A stretch of DNA of 64,000 nt from Ostreococcus lucimarinus (Eukaryota): the NCBI GenBank assembly GCA_000092065.1, contig CP000592.1. The stretch is one strand, 5' to 3'. A program made the position numbers and the translations under genes. Within the stretch, counting starts at the first letter, position 1. Every line of letters begins with the position of its first letter. Below the pieces are notes generated by a model, which worked only from the letters and a program-made list of their open reading frames with translations, did not search any database and had not been told where the DNA came from. Positions 11,266 to 21,299 of this stretch are shown in pieces.

Positions 11266-11531
11266 CCGCGCAGCCGCGCCGCCGCCGCGCGTCAATATCA
11301 TAGTCCAATCGCCTGTTAACTACGCACCCAACCCTCGAATCGTGATTCGTCCGACCCCCCCCCGACGCGCGCGCGCGCCACACCCCACGGGTCTCGCGGT
11401 TTTCCCACTCATGGGCTCACGCGTCACTAAATGCGCAGAAAACGACGCAAAGTTTTCGCACCGCGCGACACTGTGACGTTGTCCCGACTGAGGTTTCGCG
11501 ATTCGCGCGCCGCACACGCGCTCGCGTCGCC

Positions 11532-13064
11532 ATGTCGACGCCGCTCTCGACGCGCGCGCGCGCGCCGACGCGCGCGGAATCTCGGACGCGGCGTCGCGAC
11601 CGCCGAAAGACGCGCGCGACGCGAACGACGCCGCGGTCGATCGCGGAACCGTCGGAAACCGGAACCGGCGGCGCCGACGCGGCGAGCGATTCGCGACGGA
11701 AGCGCGTCTCGATGGTCAGCCTGGGGTGCCCGAAGAACACGGTGGACGGGGAGGTGATGCTGGGGGATCTGCACGGCGCGGGATTCGACGTGACGGACGA
11801 TCACGAGAGCGCGGACGCGATCGTCATCAACTCGTGCGGATTCGTGGAGGACGCGAAGAACGAGAGCGTGGAGGCGATCCTGGAGGCGTCGCAGCTGGCG
11901 AACGGGAGCAAGAAGATCATCGTGACGGGATGCTTGGCGCAGCGGTACGCGAACGATCTGGCGAACGAGCTGCCGGAGGCGGACGTGATCGTGGGGTTTG
12001 AGAATTACGCCAATCTGCCGAAAACCGTGGGGGGGTTGCTCGGCGTGGAGACGAACGGGTTGATCGCGCCGCAGCAAGCGCGGGTGCAGGTGGGAGGGGC
12101 GAGCCCGCCGTTTAGAGAAGAGATAAAACGGTTGAGGATCACGCCGAGACACACGGCGTATCTGAGAGTGGCGGAAGGGTGCGATCACAAGTGCACTTTT
12201 TGCGCGATTCCGAGCTTTCGCGGGAGGTTTCGGTCCAAGCCGTGGCAGTCAATCATCGACGAAGCGAAGGCGTTGGCGGATTCGGGAGTTCGTGAGCTTA
12301 ACTTGATCGCAGAAGATACGAATCAGTGGGGCATCGACTTGAGAGCGAGCGATGGACGCGGGTTGGCCGAGCTCTTGTACGCGCTCGCCGAGGTCGAGGG
12401 CATCGAGTGGATGCGCATCCTGTACGCGTATCCGTCGTACTTTTCCGACGAGCTCATCCGAGCCATCGCGGATGTTCCGCAAGTGTGCAAATATATCGAT
12501 ATTCCGCTTCAGCACATCACAAACTTGTCGCTATTGCGAATGAATAGGCCGCCTCGGCAGCACACGGAGGATTTGTTGTACAAGCTGCGAGACCGAATTC
12601 CGGATTTAGCGCTTCGCACAACCTTCATCAGCGGATTCCCGGGAGAAACCGAGGAAGAACACGAAGAACTAATGCAATTTTGCCGTGATTTCAAATTTGA
12701 ACGACTCGGTGCGTTTGCGTACAGCGAAGAGGATGGTACGCCGGCGATGGAATACCCGGACCAAGTTCCGGAGGAAATTCGCGCGATTCGTCGCGACCAG
12801 CTCGTGTCGCAACAGCAAGAGATCAGCGAAGACTTTGCGATGAGCCGCGTCGGAAAGGACGTGGATGTGTTAATAGATAATTGGGACGAAGATATGCAGG
12901 CGTTCATCGGGCGTACCACGCTCGAGGCGCCGGATATTGACCCCGTGGTTTTCGTCACCGAGGACAAGTCCAAGGGCTTGCCTCCGATCGAACCGGGACA
13001 AATGCGAAGGTGCAACGTCATCGGATCGAGTCTTTTCGATCTCGAGGCGCAACCCATCATGTAA
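11532..13064 (+). CDS. rimO: Ribosomal protein S12 methylthiotransferase RimO (radical-SAM MiaB family) with an N-terminal organellar presequence
   Basis: The MTTase N-domain (VSMVSLGCPKNTVDGE), the radical-SAM CxxxCxxC motif (CDHKCTFCAIP) and a C-terminal TRAM domain are all present. ATG at 11532. Confidence 0.9.
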   Translation: MSTPLSTRARAPTRAESRTRRRDRRKTRATRTTPRSIAEPSETGTGGADAASDSRRKRVSMVSLGCPKNTVDGEVMLGDLHGAGFDVTDDHESADAIVINSCGFVEDAKNESVEAILEASQLANGSKKIIVTGCLAQRYANDLANELPEADVIVGFENYANLPKTVGGLLGVETNGLIAPQQARVQVGGASPPFREEIKRLRITPRHTAYLRVAEGCDHKCTFCAIPSFRGRFRSKPWQSIIDEAKALADSGVRELNLIAEDTNQWGIDLRASDGRGLAELLYALAEVEGIEWMRILYAYPSYFSDELIRAIADVPQVCKYIDIPLQHITNLSLLRMNRPPRQHTEDLLYKLRDRIPDLALRTTFISGFPGETEEEHEELMQFCRDFKFERLGAFAYSEEDGTPAMEYPDQVPEEIRAIRRDQLVSQQQEISEDFAMSRVGKDVDVLIDNWDEDMQAFIGRTTLEAPDIDPVVFVTEDKSKGLPPIEPGQMRRCNVIGSSLFDLEAQPIM

Positions 13065-13272
13065 ATTGTTTCTTCAACGCATAACTACGCGCAGGCTTCA
13101 TTTTAATCCTTCATTTACCAACACGTTTAGCTTTACATCACGTCACATTTATCAACGCGACGCGGCGGCGTTCGCTCTCACCGCTTAACGATCATCTGAA
13201 ACAAGTGAAAGTGTACATTTAATATGCTAAACACACGCGGGCTGCTAAAATTATCTACACGACGCTTCTCCG

Positions 13273-14283
13273 TCAACGCGTAAAGTTGAAAATGGACCAG
13301 TTTGAGTCGCCGTCTTCGTCGTCGCCGCGCCTAGTCGTCGCCCCGACGTCGTCGTCGTCGATGGATAGACGCAGCTCCCCCTTGGGCACAGATCTCGGCG
13401 CAGGGAGCGTGGCTTTTGCTAATTTGCCAACCTCCCCTCGAATGTTTGGCGTCTCGGAGATGAGCTTGTTGCGCAGGCGAACGTACTCTTGAAACGATTC
13501 AATCAACCAAGGAATGCGCGTGTTCTGCACATCCTTAAAATTCGGTCGACGACCCTTGGCCTGCTCGAATCCATCGCTCCAGCTCGCGAGCTCGTTCCTG
13601 AGCCTGGTGTACGCGCTGAGTTCGTACGAAAACTGATTCACCTTGACAGTGGACGACGCAACCTTCTCCGCCCGCGTCGTCGACTTTTTCATCGCGATCA
13701 GCTTCGTCAGCTTCGCCGTGCGCTCCCTCTCCGCCGCTTGCTGTCTTTGCTGCGCCGTCCCCGCATTCTTCACGGTTGAACTCTCCGCGATCTCCGCCAA
13801 AGACGACGTCGCCGCCGCGCCCGCCGCCGCGCGCGCCGCGCGCCACCGCTCGCGCTGCGCCGCCGCGATCTTCTTCCTCGACTCCGCGCTCCGCCGTTCA
13901 CCCACCTTCGACGCCGCCATCGACGTCCGTCGCGCCTCCTCCTCCGCGCGCGTCTCCGCGGCCGTCTCCGCGCTCGCCTCCGCGTCGTCCTCGTCGTCGC
14001 CGCGCTTCGTCGCCCTCGTCCCGCCTCCTCCCGGCGTCGCGCCCTCCCCCCCGCTCGCCACGACCTCGGGAAACCGCACCTCGATCGTCGCCAGCAGTTC
14101 CCGCACCCCGTCCGCGTCGCCGCGCGCGATCTCCTTCCGCGGTCGCCCGCGCCGCGCCGTCCCGACGCCCGTCCCGCGCGCGTTCGTCGCGCGCGCGACC
14201 GCGCGCGTCGCGCGCGCGCGTCGCGTCGACGCGCGCGCCGTCGTCATCGCGCCTCGCGTCGCCGTCGCGCGCGCGTGCGCCAT
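13273..14283 (-). CDS. Hypothetical protein with an AT-hook-like GRPRK motif and a basic/Ala-rich N-terminus
   Basis: ATG at 14281-14283. The C-terminal half is not low-complexity (IPWLIESFQEYVRLRNKLISETPNIRGEVGKL). No confident family assignment. Confidence 0.5.
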   Translation of the reverse strand: MAHARATATRGAMTTARASTRRARATRAVARATNARGTGVGTARRGRPRKEIARGDADGVRELLATIEVRFPEVVASGGEGATPGGGGTRATKRGDDEDDAEASAETAAETRAEEEARRTSMAASKVGERRSAESRKKIAAAQRERWRAARAAAGAAATSSLAEIAESSTVKNAGTAQQRQQAAERERTAKLTKLIAMKKSTTRAEKVASSTVKVNQFSYELSAYTRLRNELASWSDGFEQAKGRRPNFKDVQNTRIPWLIESFQEYVRLRNKLISETPNIRGEVGKLAKATLPAPRSVPKGELRLSIDDDDVGATTRRGDDEDGDSNWSIFNFTR

Positions 14284-14585
14284 CGCGCGCGCGCGTGTGC
14301 GCGCGTCGCGCGCGCGTTATCCGATCGAGATCCCGCGGTCGAGGTCGCGTCGGGACTGTTTACCCATACGCGCGCGGTGTATCGACACATGCACAATCAA
14401 AGACGGGCCTTTATATCACCGCGCGATCTTTACATCCCGTTCGCGCGCGTTCGAATGCGAACCATCGACGCCGCGCCGCGACGCTAAATCCGGCGACGCT
14501 GACGCGGCCGGTCGCGCGCGCTTTTCGAATCGCGCGCGCGCGTCCGCGCGCGCGACACATCCACGCGCACGCACGCCCGACGAAA

Positions 14586-15414
14586 ATGTCCGCGATCTTC
14601 ACCACCTCCATGTCCGCCAAGGCCTCGGCCAAGGTGCGCGCGACGCGACGCGCGAGCGACGCGACGCGCGATCGGTCCGCGGACGCGCGCGAGTATCTCG
14701 CGGGTGTTCGAGGACGCGCGGGCGCGTCTCGCGCGCGCGGACGCGCGGACGCGCGATCGCGGACGCGCGAACGATGGGAAAGAATCGTTCGCGGCGGGCG
14801 GGCGCGCGATGCGGGAGGTCGCGCGGTCGCGGGACGAGCGGCGCGCGATCGCGCGCGCGCCGAGGGAACGGGCGGTGGATCGGGGTTGGGACGCGAGACG
14901 CGAGGGACTGACGAACGCGCGATCGCGCGCGCGCGCAGGTGCAATTCCGCGCTCGCCCGACGAAGGCGTTCGCGGCGCGCCCGGTGCAGTGCTCCGCGGT
15001 GAAGTTCTCCGTGAACGCGGCGGCGGTGCGTGCGAGCGAAGCGAAGGCAAACCTAGGCGTTTGAACGCTTCGGATAACGCGCGCGAGAGACGCGAGACGG
15101 GCGCGACGCGGCGATCGCGGACGCGTGATTCGGCGCGCAATGACTGACTGAGGTGGCGTTTGGTTTGTCCTTCGCGCGCGCAGAGCCAAGACACGCTCGA
15201 CAAGGTTCGCGGCATCATCTCCGAACAACTCGGCACGGAGCTCGACGCCGTCGCGGCGGACGCCAAGTTCGTCGACTTGGGCGCGGATTCTCTCGACACC
15301 GTCGAAATCATGATGGCGCTCGAAGAGCAATTCGAAATCACGCTCGATGAGGAAGGTGCCGAGAAGATCGCCACCGTTCAAGAAGCGGCGGACATGATCC
15401 AAGCGCAAATCTAA
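14586..15414 (+). CDS. ACP: Acyl carrier protein precursor; proposed three exons 14586..14633, 14939..15025 and 15184..15414 (122 aa)
   Basis: The last exon encodes a canonical ACP ([22 protein letters not shown]). The two upstream exons are all phase 0, use donors GTGCGC (14634) and GTGCGT (15026), CTGAC branch points and CAG acceptors. They give a transit peptide [16 protein letters not shown]|[29 protein letters not shown]|SQDTLDKV. Confidence 0.75.
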
Positions 15415-15696
15415 GTCTAAGTGGCGAGGTGTTTGGCGTTTTCGCCGACGCCGTCGTGTCTCTTAGCAAACATAAGATAATTCTTGTCAAAGACACACAG
15501 TTTTGACGCGCTCAATTTGAGAACCATTAAAGTCATCGTTCGCGCGTCGCGCTCGCGTCGCTCGCGTCCTCGTCCTTCGGAAAGGATGTGACTGATTAGA
15601 CTGACGTTCTCGAGATCCTCATCGCGCGGAGAACGACACACCGCATCGCGCGCGCGCGCGCTCAGACGCCCGCACTCGGTCGGGTGATAGAAAGCC

Positions 15697-17805
15697 ATGG
15701 CGCACGCGCGTAGGTACGCTCCACCGCGCGCGCACGGCGCTTTCAGCGCGCAAAACGGCGCGTATGGGATCCCGTTTCGCCTGTCCCGGTTGCCGCTCAT
15801 CGTGCTGATCGGCGCCGTGATCGCCGTGTCTGTGAGCATTTCGCGCTCGATCGCGCGAGAATCGATGCGATCGCTCGAGGTAAGCGAAATGCGGGCGAGC
15901 TTGGAGGCGATGAAGGCGCGAGCGCGGGAGTTGGAGGAGGAACTCGTGACGGCGACGGCGGCGACGGCCAAGGCGGTGGAGGAGACGGCGGCGCACGAAG
16001 AGACGCGAGCGCGATTAGCCGCGGCGAAGGCGGAAGCGTCCAGGGCTGAGGAAGAGAAAAGGCAGGCGGTGGAGGCGAGGGAAGCGATCGAGACGGATGT
16101 GCTGCTGGAAAAGGTGCAGGAGAAGGTGGCGATACCGGGGAGCGGTAAGACGAAGCGAGTCCCGACGGATACCGGCGCGAAGGAGGTGGAGGAAGTTTTC
16201 GGGGAGAAAGCCATGAGTGACGTCGCAGAAGTGGCCAAGGTTGTGGGTAAGAATAAAGCACGCATGGGTGAGGGTGATGAGGCGACGATGGACGATGAGG
16301 AGTCGAAGGAAATAGCAGACGGCGCCGACGAAGGGAGCGCGGCGAAAATCGACAATTCATCGAAAGATATCGCCGACGTACGTGTAAAGATCGCCACCGA
16401 TAGCGCCACAAACTCGGATCCGTTGCTTAAAAACTTGGCTCAATCATCCGTCAAGGCGACGAGTGAAGTATCGATGACGTGCAACGGGAAAGAGAACACC
16501 GAGCTTTGGGGCGGCGTAGTGAAAGATGGGAACGCTAATAAACAGCCAGACGCCGCTGCGTGCTGTGATTCGTGCGCAAAGATGAACGCGAATGGGGCGA
16601 ATCGATGTTCGGTGTGGGTTTACAGTGCGTCAAGCAAAGCGTGCTGGTTAAAGTTTGATGAAAATCCCGCCGCGGCGAAACCCGCCAACGAAGGACCGGG
16701 CGTGCCGTGGACGTCTGGTTGGTTTGATTTGCCGAAAAACACAATCGCGCCCAAGTATGAGTCCGCTACTGGGAAAACAGACTTGCCAAAGTGCTTGCAC
16801 GTCGTGATGACAAGCAACGGCAACGTGTACATGAACTGGCAATCACGAGTGATGTACTCGAGTTACCTCAGACACGCCGCCGAGGACGGGAGCATCATGA
16901 AGGCGTTTACTCGCATCTTGCACAAAGGACGGGAAGATGAGTTGATGCACGAGATTCCGACCATGCGATTCAATCCAGTTCAAGCGAAATGCGACGGATG
17001 GTGTGACTATCCCGTCGCCGATCGCTCCAAGGCTGTCGAGCAATGGTTGGAAACGGCAGACTCGGAGCGATGCTCGCACGTCGTTATGGTGGAGACGGAT
17101 CACATCATCGTGAAATCACCATCGCCCGAAATTTTGATGCCGCGCGGTCAAGCCATGGGCTTCAAGTTCGGGTACATGAACCCGCAACAATCGAGACTGA
17201 AGAAGATGTATCCTGAATATTTTGCGGATGGGAAAAAGATGCCCCCCACAGGCAACGCGCCGTCCGTCGTGAACACGGTCGATTTGAGGAAAATTGCACC
17301 GCTTTGGGCGCGCTTCGTGAACGAAACTGAATCTCCGGAGTCAGTTCGTAAAGAGTTAGGTTGGGTGCGCGACATGTACGCGTACGATCTCGCCGCATTA
17401 GCCACTGGCATCGAGCACGAGCTCTCGGAGTGCCCGGAGAGTCTCCTCATGGCGCAGCCGCCCGCCGACTTCGAGCTCGGTAACGCGTTCATCCTTCACT
17501 ACACGTGGGGGTCGGAGATCTACGACAAAAACGAAGAATTTATTTGGAAATTCGACAAGCGGTCGTACCTAGAAGGCCAATACGGTGAAGGTCCTTACAT
17601 TCTTCAAGAAATCCCCCCCCCGCCCGAGTGGGACGACGGTGCCAAGGGTCTTCAGCTGCAGACTTTCTTCAAACCTCGTGCGTTGACCGAAAAGCGACTC
17701 GGTCTCATCAAAACATTGATCGACGAGTTCAATCATGCCGTGCGTTCGCTATCAAAAATTCCGAAAGGCTACGCGACGATCGAGGAGGCGCGTTTATACG
17801 TGTAG
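15697..17805 (+). CDS. Type II membrane glycosyltransferase, HPAT/SGT1-like (peptidyl-Hyp/Ser O-glycosyltransferase family), with a coiled-coil stem and a PAN/apple-like Cys module
   Basis: There is an N-terminal TM helix (LPLIVLIGAVIAVSV) and a coiled-coil acidic stem. A Cys-rich module reads CCDSCAKMN..CSVWVY..CWLKF. The catalytic region carries motifs I recall from plant HPATs (LHVVMTSNGNVYMNWQSRVMY, LGWVRDMYAY, KFDKRSY). Confidence 0.6.
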   Translation: MAHARRYAPPRAHGAFSAQNGAYGIPFRLSRLPLIVLIGAVIAVSVSISRSIARESMRSLEVSEMRASLEAMKARARELEEELVTATAATAKAVEETAAHEETRARLAAAKAEASRAEEEKRQAVEAREAIETDVLLEKVQEKVAIPGSGKTKRVPTDTGAKEVEEVFGEKAMSDVAEVAKVVGKNKARMGEGDEATMDDEESKEIADGADEGSAAKIDNSSKDIADVRVKIATDSATNSDPLLKNLAQSSVKATSEVSMTCNGKENTELWGGVVKDGNANKQPDAAACCDSCAKMNANGANRCSVWVYSASSKACWLKFDENPAAAKPANEGPGVPWTSGWFDLPKNTIAPKYESATGKTDLPKCLHVVMTSNGNVYMNWQSRVMYSSYLRHAAEDGSIMKAFTRILHKGREDELMHEIPTMRFNPVQAKCDGWCDYPVADRSKAVEQWLETADSERCSHVVMVETDHIIVKSPSPEILMPRGQAMGFKFGYMNPQQSRLKKMYPEYFADGKKMPPTGNAPSVVNTVDLRKIAPLWARFVNETESPESVRKELGWVRDMYAYDLAALATGIEHELSECPESLLMAQPPADFELGNAFILHYTWGSEIYDKNEEFIWKFDKRSYLEGQYGEGPYILQEIPPPPEWDDGAKGLQLQTFFKPRALTEKRLGLIKTLIDEFNHAVRSLSKIPKGYATIEEARLYV

Positions 17806-17974
17806 AGCGCGACTCGTAAAATTCTGTGTAGTGCATTACATCTGTTGTTATTCATCCCTTCGAGGCGTTACCCGAGCGATAGACGCCTCGTTTCATTGGC
17901 GCCGCGCGCGTGTGTGCACGTCGAGGCGAGGCTGGAGACGAGGCTGGAAGAGATTGTTTAGTGTTACACGACGA

Positions 17975-18790
17975 CTACTGGAGCAGGAACAAGATGAGCA
18001 CGATGAGCGACACCAAAACTGCGATGACGATGCAGATCAGGCGATTTCTCGCCGCGCGCTGCGACTTGTCCGCCTTGGTGAGTTCTTTTTGCGCGTCCTT
18101 TGTGCGCACCGCCGTGCTCACAATGTTCGCCTCGATGTCGTCAATCATCGACCCTTGTTCGTTCACCAACACCGCGAGGTCTTGAAATATCTCATTTACT
18201 TCTCCGATCTGTTGCTGAATCTCCATGATCCCTCGTTCGCGCTCTTCGATCAACGCGTTATTATACTCGAGCTCGCCGTCCACCTGCGCAAAGTCGCTTC
18301 GCTGTTGCTGCTGCTGCATCAATTGCTGCGTATCCTGATACGCCGCCTCGCCCTCGCCCGACTCCTCGTCCATGGTACCGTAACTCGTCTTTCCCTTGCC
18401 CTTTTGCGGTAAGAACGTCGACTCTCGCTCCGCGCACGTCCTCTGCGCCTTTTGAAAATCCTTTAAAACGGCGTGAAAATCCTTCACCAACTTTTGATGC
18501 TTCGCCACGTGCTCCGCCTTATCCTCATCGTCCACGTCCACCGCGTTCGTGACCGCCTGCGCCAATCGCTTCACCGCTAACGACGCGTCTCGCGCCATGA
18601 CGCCCAGTTTTTCCCGCTGTTCGTGTAATTTCGCCCGCAATTCTCGCGTGTCCTTGCCCGTGCCCAGGACGTCGACGGCGCGCTTGAAGGCGCTCACGTG
18701 CGTCGTCATCTGGAAGATGAGTCCGCTGACGTTGCGGGACTCGGCGTCGAGGTCGTCGGCGGCGGCATCGCTCGTGGAGGCGCGGGACAT
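17975..18790 (-). CDS. Syntaxin (Qa-SNARE, PEP12/SYP2-like) with a C-terminal TM anchor
   Basis: The SNARE motif (IFQDLAVLVNEQGSMIDDIEANI) is followed by a tail anchor (LICIVIAVLVSLIVLILFLLQ). ATG at 18788-18790. Confidence 0.85.
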   Translation of the reverse strand: MSRASTSDAAADDLDAESRNVSGLIFQMTTHVSAFKRAVDVLGTGKDTRELRAKLHEQREKLGVMARDASLAVKRLAQAVTNAVDVDDEDKAEHVAKHQKLVKDFHAVLKDFQKAQRTCAERESTFLPQKGKGKTSYGTMDEESGEGEAAYQDTQQLMQQQQQRSDFAQVDGELEYNNALIEERERGIMEIQQQIGEVNEIFQDLAVLVNEQGSMIDDIEANIVSTAVRTKDAQKELTKADKSQRAARNRLICIVIAVLVSLIVLILFLLQ

Positions 18791-18937
18791 GGCGCGCGCG
18801 CGCGCGGATCTGCGGCATCGTCTTTCTTCACCTGGGTGTTGCGCTCCAAGGGTCGTGATTGGCGGATTTGGTCGCGGCGCGCGAGCGGCGACGGAGGCGG
18901 GTCTAGATTGGTTGGGTTACGATTACTGAAGAACGAA

Positions 18938-20290
18938 TCACGCTGCGCGCTGCGCGGAGACACCGGCGCGCTGCAGCGCGGCGGTGTGCAGGGCCTGGAG
19001 TAATTTATACGTGAACACGGGCATGTCGGTGGTGTCGAAATCCATGGGCTCGGCGAGGAAGCTCGGCACGAGACCTTCGATGTTGCCGAAACCGAGCGGC
19101 ACGCACGCGACCTCGTCGGCGACGCGACGACCGGGTTTCGGCGGACGCATAGGATCCTCGCCCGTGGGTTCGCCGTCTTCGCCCTCGGCGGCGCTGAGTC
19201 GGAAGGTGAAGCCGGTGCCGATGTGCGTGAAGTGGTGCACGCCTTGAGACTTTTCTTGCCATCGCAAGCCGGTGAGCGCCTCGAGTTCGAACGCGCCAAA
19301 ATCACCATCGCGGCCGCTCCCACCGGCACGTCCACTCGCACCCGCGCGCGTGGCTTCGAGCTCTTCTTCCATGCGAAGCATCTTCCCTTGGTACGCCAAA
19401 ACGGTTTCGCGCAACTCGGCGTTTTCGCGCTCGAGCGCGTACACCTTTTCGCTCGCGCCCTCGGCGCGAGAGGCAATGTCTCGCTGACGATCGGCTTCGG
19501 TGCGCAAGTGATGCACTAACTCATCCGCCTTGCGCTCGTGATCCATCAACACTCCTTGCTGTCGCTCGGCCTCATTCATGAGATCTTGAAGCTTCTTCGC
19601 CTTGAGCTGGTCGTACTTGGTTTGCAGCTTCTCGTACGCGCTTTGAAGCATGCGGTACGCCCCACCCCACGCCGTAGACTGCGGCATGTGCGCTTCGTTG
19701 ACGTTCACGACTCCATTCGCTCGATTCGCCGCGTCTGCCGCCGCCGCTGCCGCCTTGCCGAGTTTGGAGCTGTTCGGCGGCCGCCCTCGCCCGCGCGACG
19801 GCGTCCTCGCCCCAGGCGTCTTAACTTGACGCAAAAATTCAGGACTATCGATATCGGATCCCGGTGAAGACACCGAGGCTAATTTTGCGGCTTTATTCCT
19901 TCCCGAATCCGATCGCTCGTTCGCCTCGAAGTACTTCGCCGGTCGCTTCAAACCTTCCTTGGCGATGGCCGCCGCCTTGGCCATGGCGCTCACCTTTCTC
20001 GAGACGCCCGCCGCCTTTCCAGCCTTCTTCCCACCATCGTCCCCGGTTCTCTTCGCCATCGCCGCTTTCGTCGTCCCAACCGGTCGTCCTCGTCCACGCT
20101 TCGCCGCGGGCGCCGTTTCACCCTCCTTCCCCGTCGCGTTCCCCCCGCGCGCCGGCGTCGTCTTCGTCGGCGTCTTCTTCGTCGGCGTCTTCTTCCCCGC
20201 CTCCTCCCCCGACGACTTCTCTCGCCGTTTCCGCGCCTTCTCCGGCTCCTTCGTGAACGCTTTCGTCGATTTCTGTTTCACGCCGCGCAC
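18938..20290 (-). CDS. Lys-rich AT-hook (RGRGRP x2) and coiled-coil protein with a conserved-looking C-terminal domain; the start is uncertain
   Basis: Two RGRGRP AT-hooks, a central coiled coil and a C-terminal WQEKSQGVHHFTHIGTGFTF block. The ORF-track start at 20290 is a GTG; the first in-frame ATG is at 20057-20059 (Met78). Confidence 0.55.
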   Translation of the reverse strand: MRGVKQKSTKAFTKEPEKARKRREKSSGEEAGKKTPTKKTPTKTTPARGGNATGKEGETAPAAKRGRGRPVGTTKAAMAKRTGDDGGKKAGKAAGVSRKVSAMAKAAAIAKEGLKRPAKYFEANERSDSGRNKAAKLASVSSPGSDIDSPEFLRQVKTPGARTPSRGRGRPPNSSKLGKAAAAAADAANRANGVVNVNEAHMPQSTAWGGAYRMLQSAYEKLQTKYDQLKAKKLQDLMNEAERQQGVLMDHERKADELVHHLRTEADRQRDIASRAEGASEKVYALERENAELRETVLAYQGKMLRMEEELEATRAGASGRAGGSGRDGDFGAFELEALTGLRWQEKSQGVHHFTHIGTGFTFRLSAAEGEDGEPTGEDPMRPPKPGRRVADEVACVPLGFGNIEGLVPSFLAEPMDFDTTDMPVFTYKLLQALHTAALQRAGVSAQRAA

Positions 20291-20573
20291 GATTCGCGCG
20301 TCATCGTCAATCTCTCGTCCATCACCTTCCCTCGCGTCTCGTCCGCCGCGTTCGCCCTCGCGGGGGACTTAGCGTTCGTCCCTCGCGTCGTCCCTCGCTC
20401 GCCCGCCGTCGTCGCCGTCGCCGTCCCGTCGCCGCGCGCTCGCGCCGTCGACCGACGCGCTTCACGACGCGCGTCCCTCGTCGCTCTCGTCGGTCGCTTT
20501 CGTCGCTTTCGTCGTCCCGAACCGACGATCGAATTCGAATTCGCATTCAAACGTCCGTTGGTTTCTCGAACGG

Positions 20574-20623
20574 TCGCGTTCGCGTCGCGTCGCGTCGCGT
20601 CGCGTCGCGTCGCGTCGCGTCGT
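20574..20623. repeat. (TCGCG)n microsatellite, about 9 copies
   Basis: tcgcgtcgcgtcgcg... lies in the intergenic region between the PH-domain gene 3' end and the AT-hook gene 5' end. Confidence 0.9.
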
Positions 20624-20871
20624 CGCGCGCACCATCCACGCGGGCGTGCTCGAACCGCTGTCGGCGTACGAGACCGGGTCGCGCGCGCGCGTTTCGCGCG
20701 GCATGACGACGATCGATGGGCGCGTCGCGGTGTGGCGAGCGATCGACCCGCGCGGCGCGGAGGCGAGCGCGGAGGCGAGACGCGCGCGAGGGATCGACGA
20801 CGACGCGCGATGACGACGATCGAATCGTTAACGATGATGGTGATCGCGATGAATTACGAGACCACGGCGCG

Positions 20872-21273
20872 TCAGGACGCGGCGCGGGACGCGCGCGCGA
20901 TGCACGCGCCGACGGAGGAGAGCCACTCGTCTTTTTCGCGCTCGGACGCGGCGACGAAGACGTGGGACTCGCCCATGCAGGTGATTTCGAACGAAGCCTC
21001 GTCGCCGGTTTTCTCGAACGCGGACGTCGATGATAAACAGTATTTCATGTCGATCACGCCTCGGGTCTTGCTGCTCGAGGTGACGTTGGAGTCGAGAAAC
21101 CAGAACAGTTTGCCGTCCTTGAGGACGAACCATCGTCGGCGCCAGGTGCGAACGACGTCGCCGCGTTTCATCAACCACCCCGCGCGCGCGGGTTCGCGCC
21201 AGAATTCTACGCCACCGGTGTCGTGAACTTTTCCTATTTGGCTGAGATTGGCTAAGATCGCGCCGAACACCAT
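20872..21273 (-). CDS. Small PH-domain protein, AtPH1-like
   Basis: GVEFWREPARAGWLMKRGDVVRTWRRRWFVLKDGKLFWF closely matches Arabidopsis PH1. ATG at 21271-21273. Confidence 0.8.
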   Translation of the reverse strand: MVFGAILANLSQIGKVHDTGGVEFWREPARAGWLMKRGDVVRTWRRRWFVLKDGKLFWFLDSNVTSSSKTRGVIDMKYCLSSTSAFEKTGDEASFEITCMGESHVFVAASEREKDEWLSSVGACIARASRAAS

Positions 21274-21299
21274 CTTCGCCGCTTGAAATGAAATCGAAA

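Noticed and set aside
9841-11301. The N-terminal 480 aa of the 739-aa minus-strand ORF upstream of the cyclophilin domain
   Set aside because: It is Arg/Gly/Asp low-complexity sequence, typical of GC-rich non-coding frames. It overlaps a more protein-like plus-strand ORF. The cyclophilin has its own ATG and a Tat presequence starting at 9840.
13643-15408. Several long ORFs on both strands (13643-14911, 13776-15002, 14411-14944, 14484-15374, 14599-15408) in the ACP upstream region
   Set aside because: They are mutually overlapping Arg/Ala/Pro-rich frames in about 70 % GC DNA. The only sequence with recognisable homology here is the spliced ACP gene.
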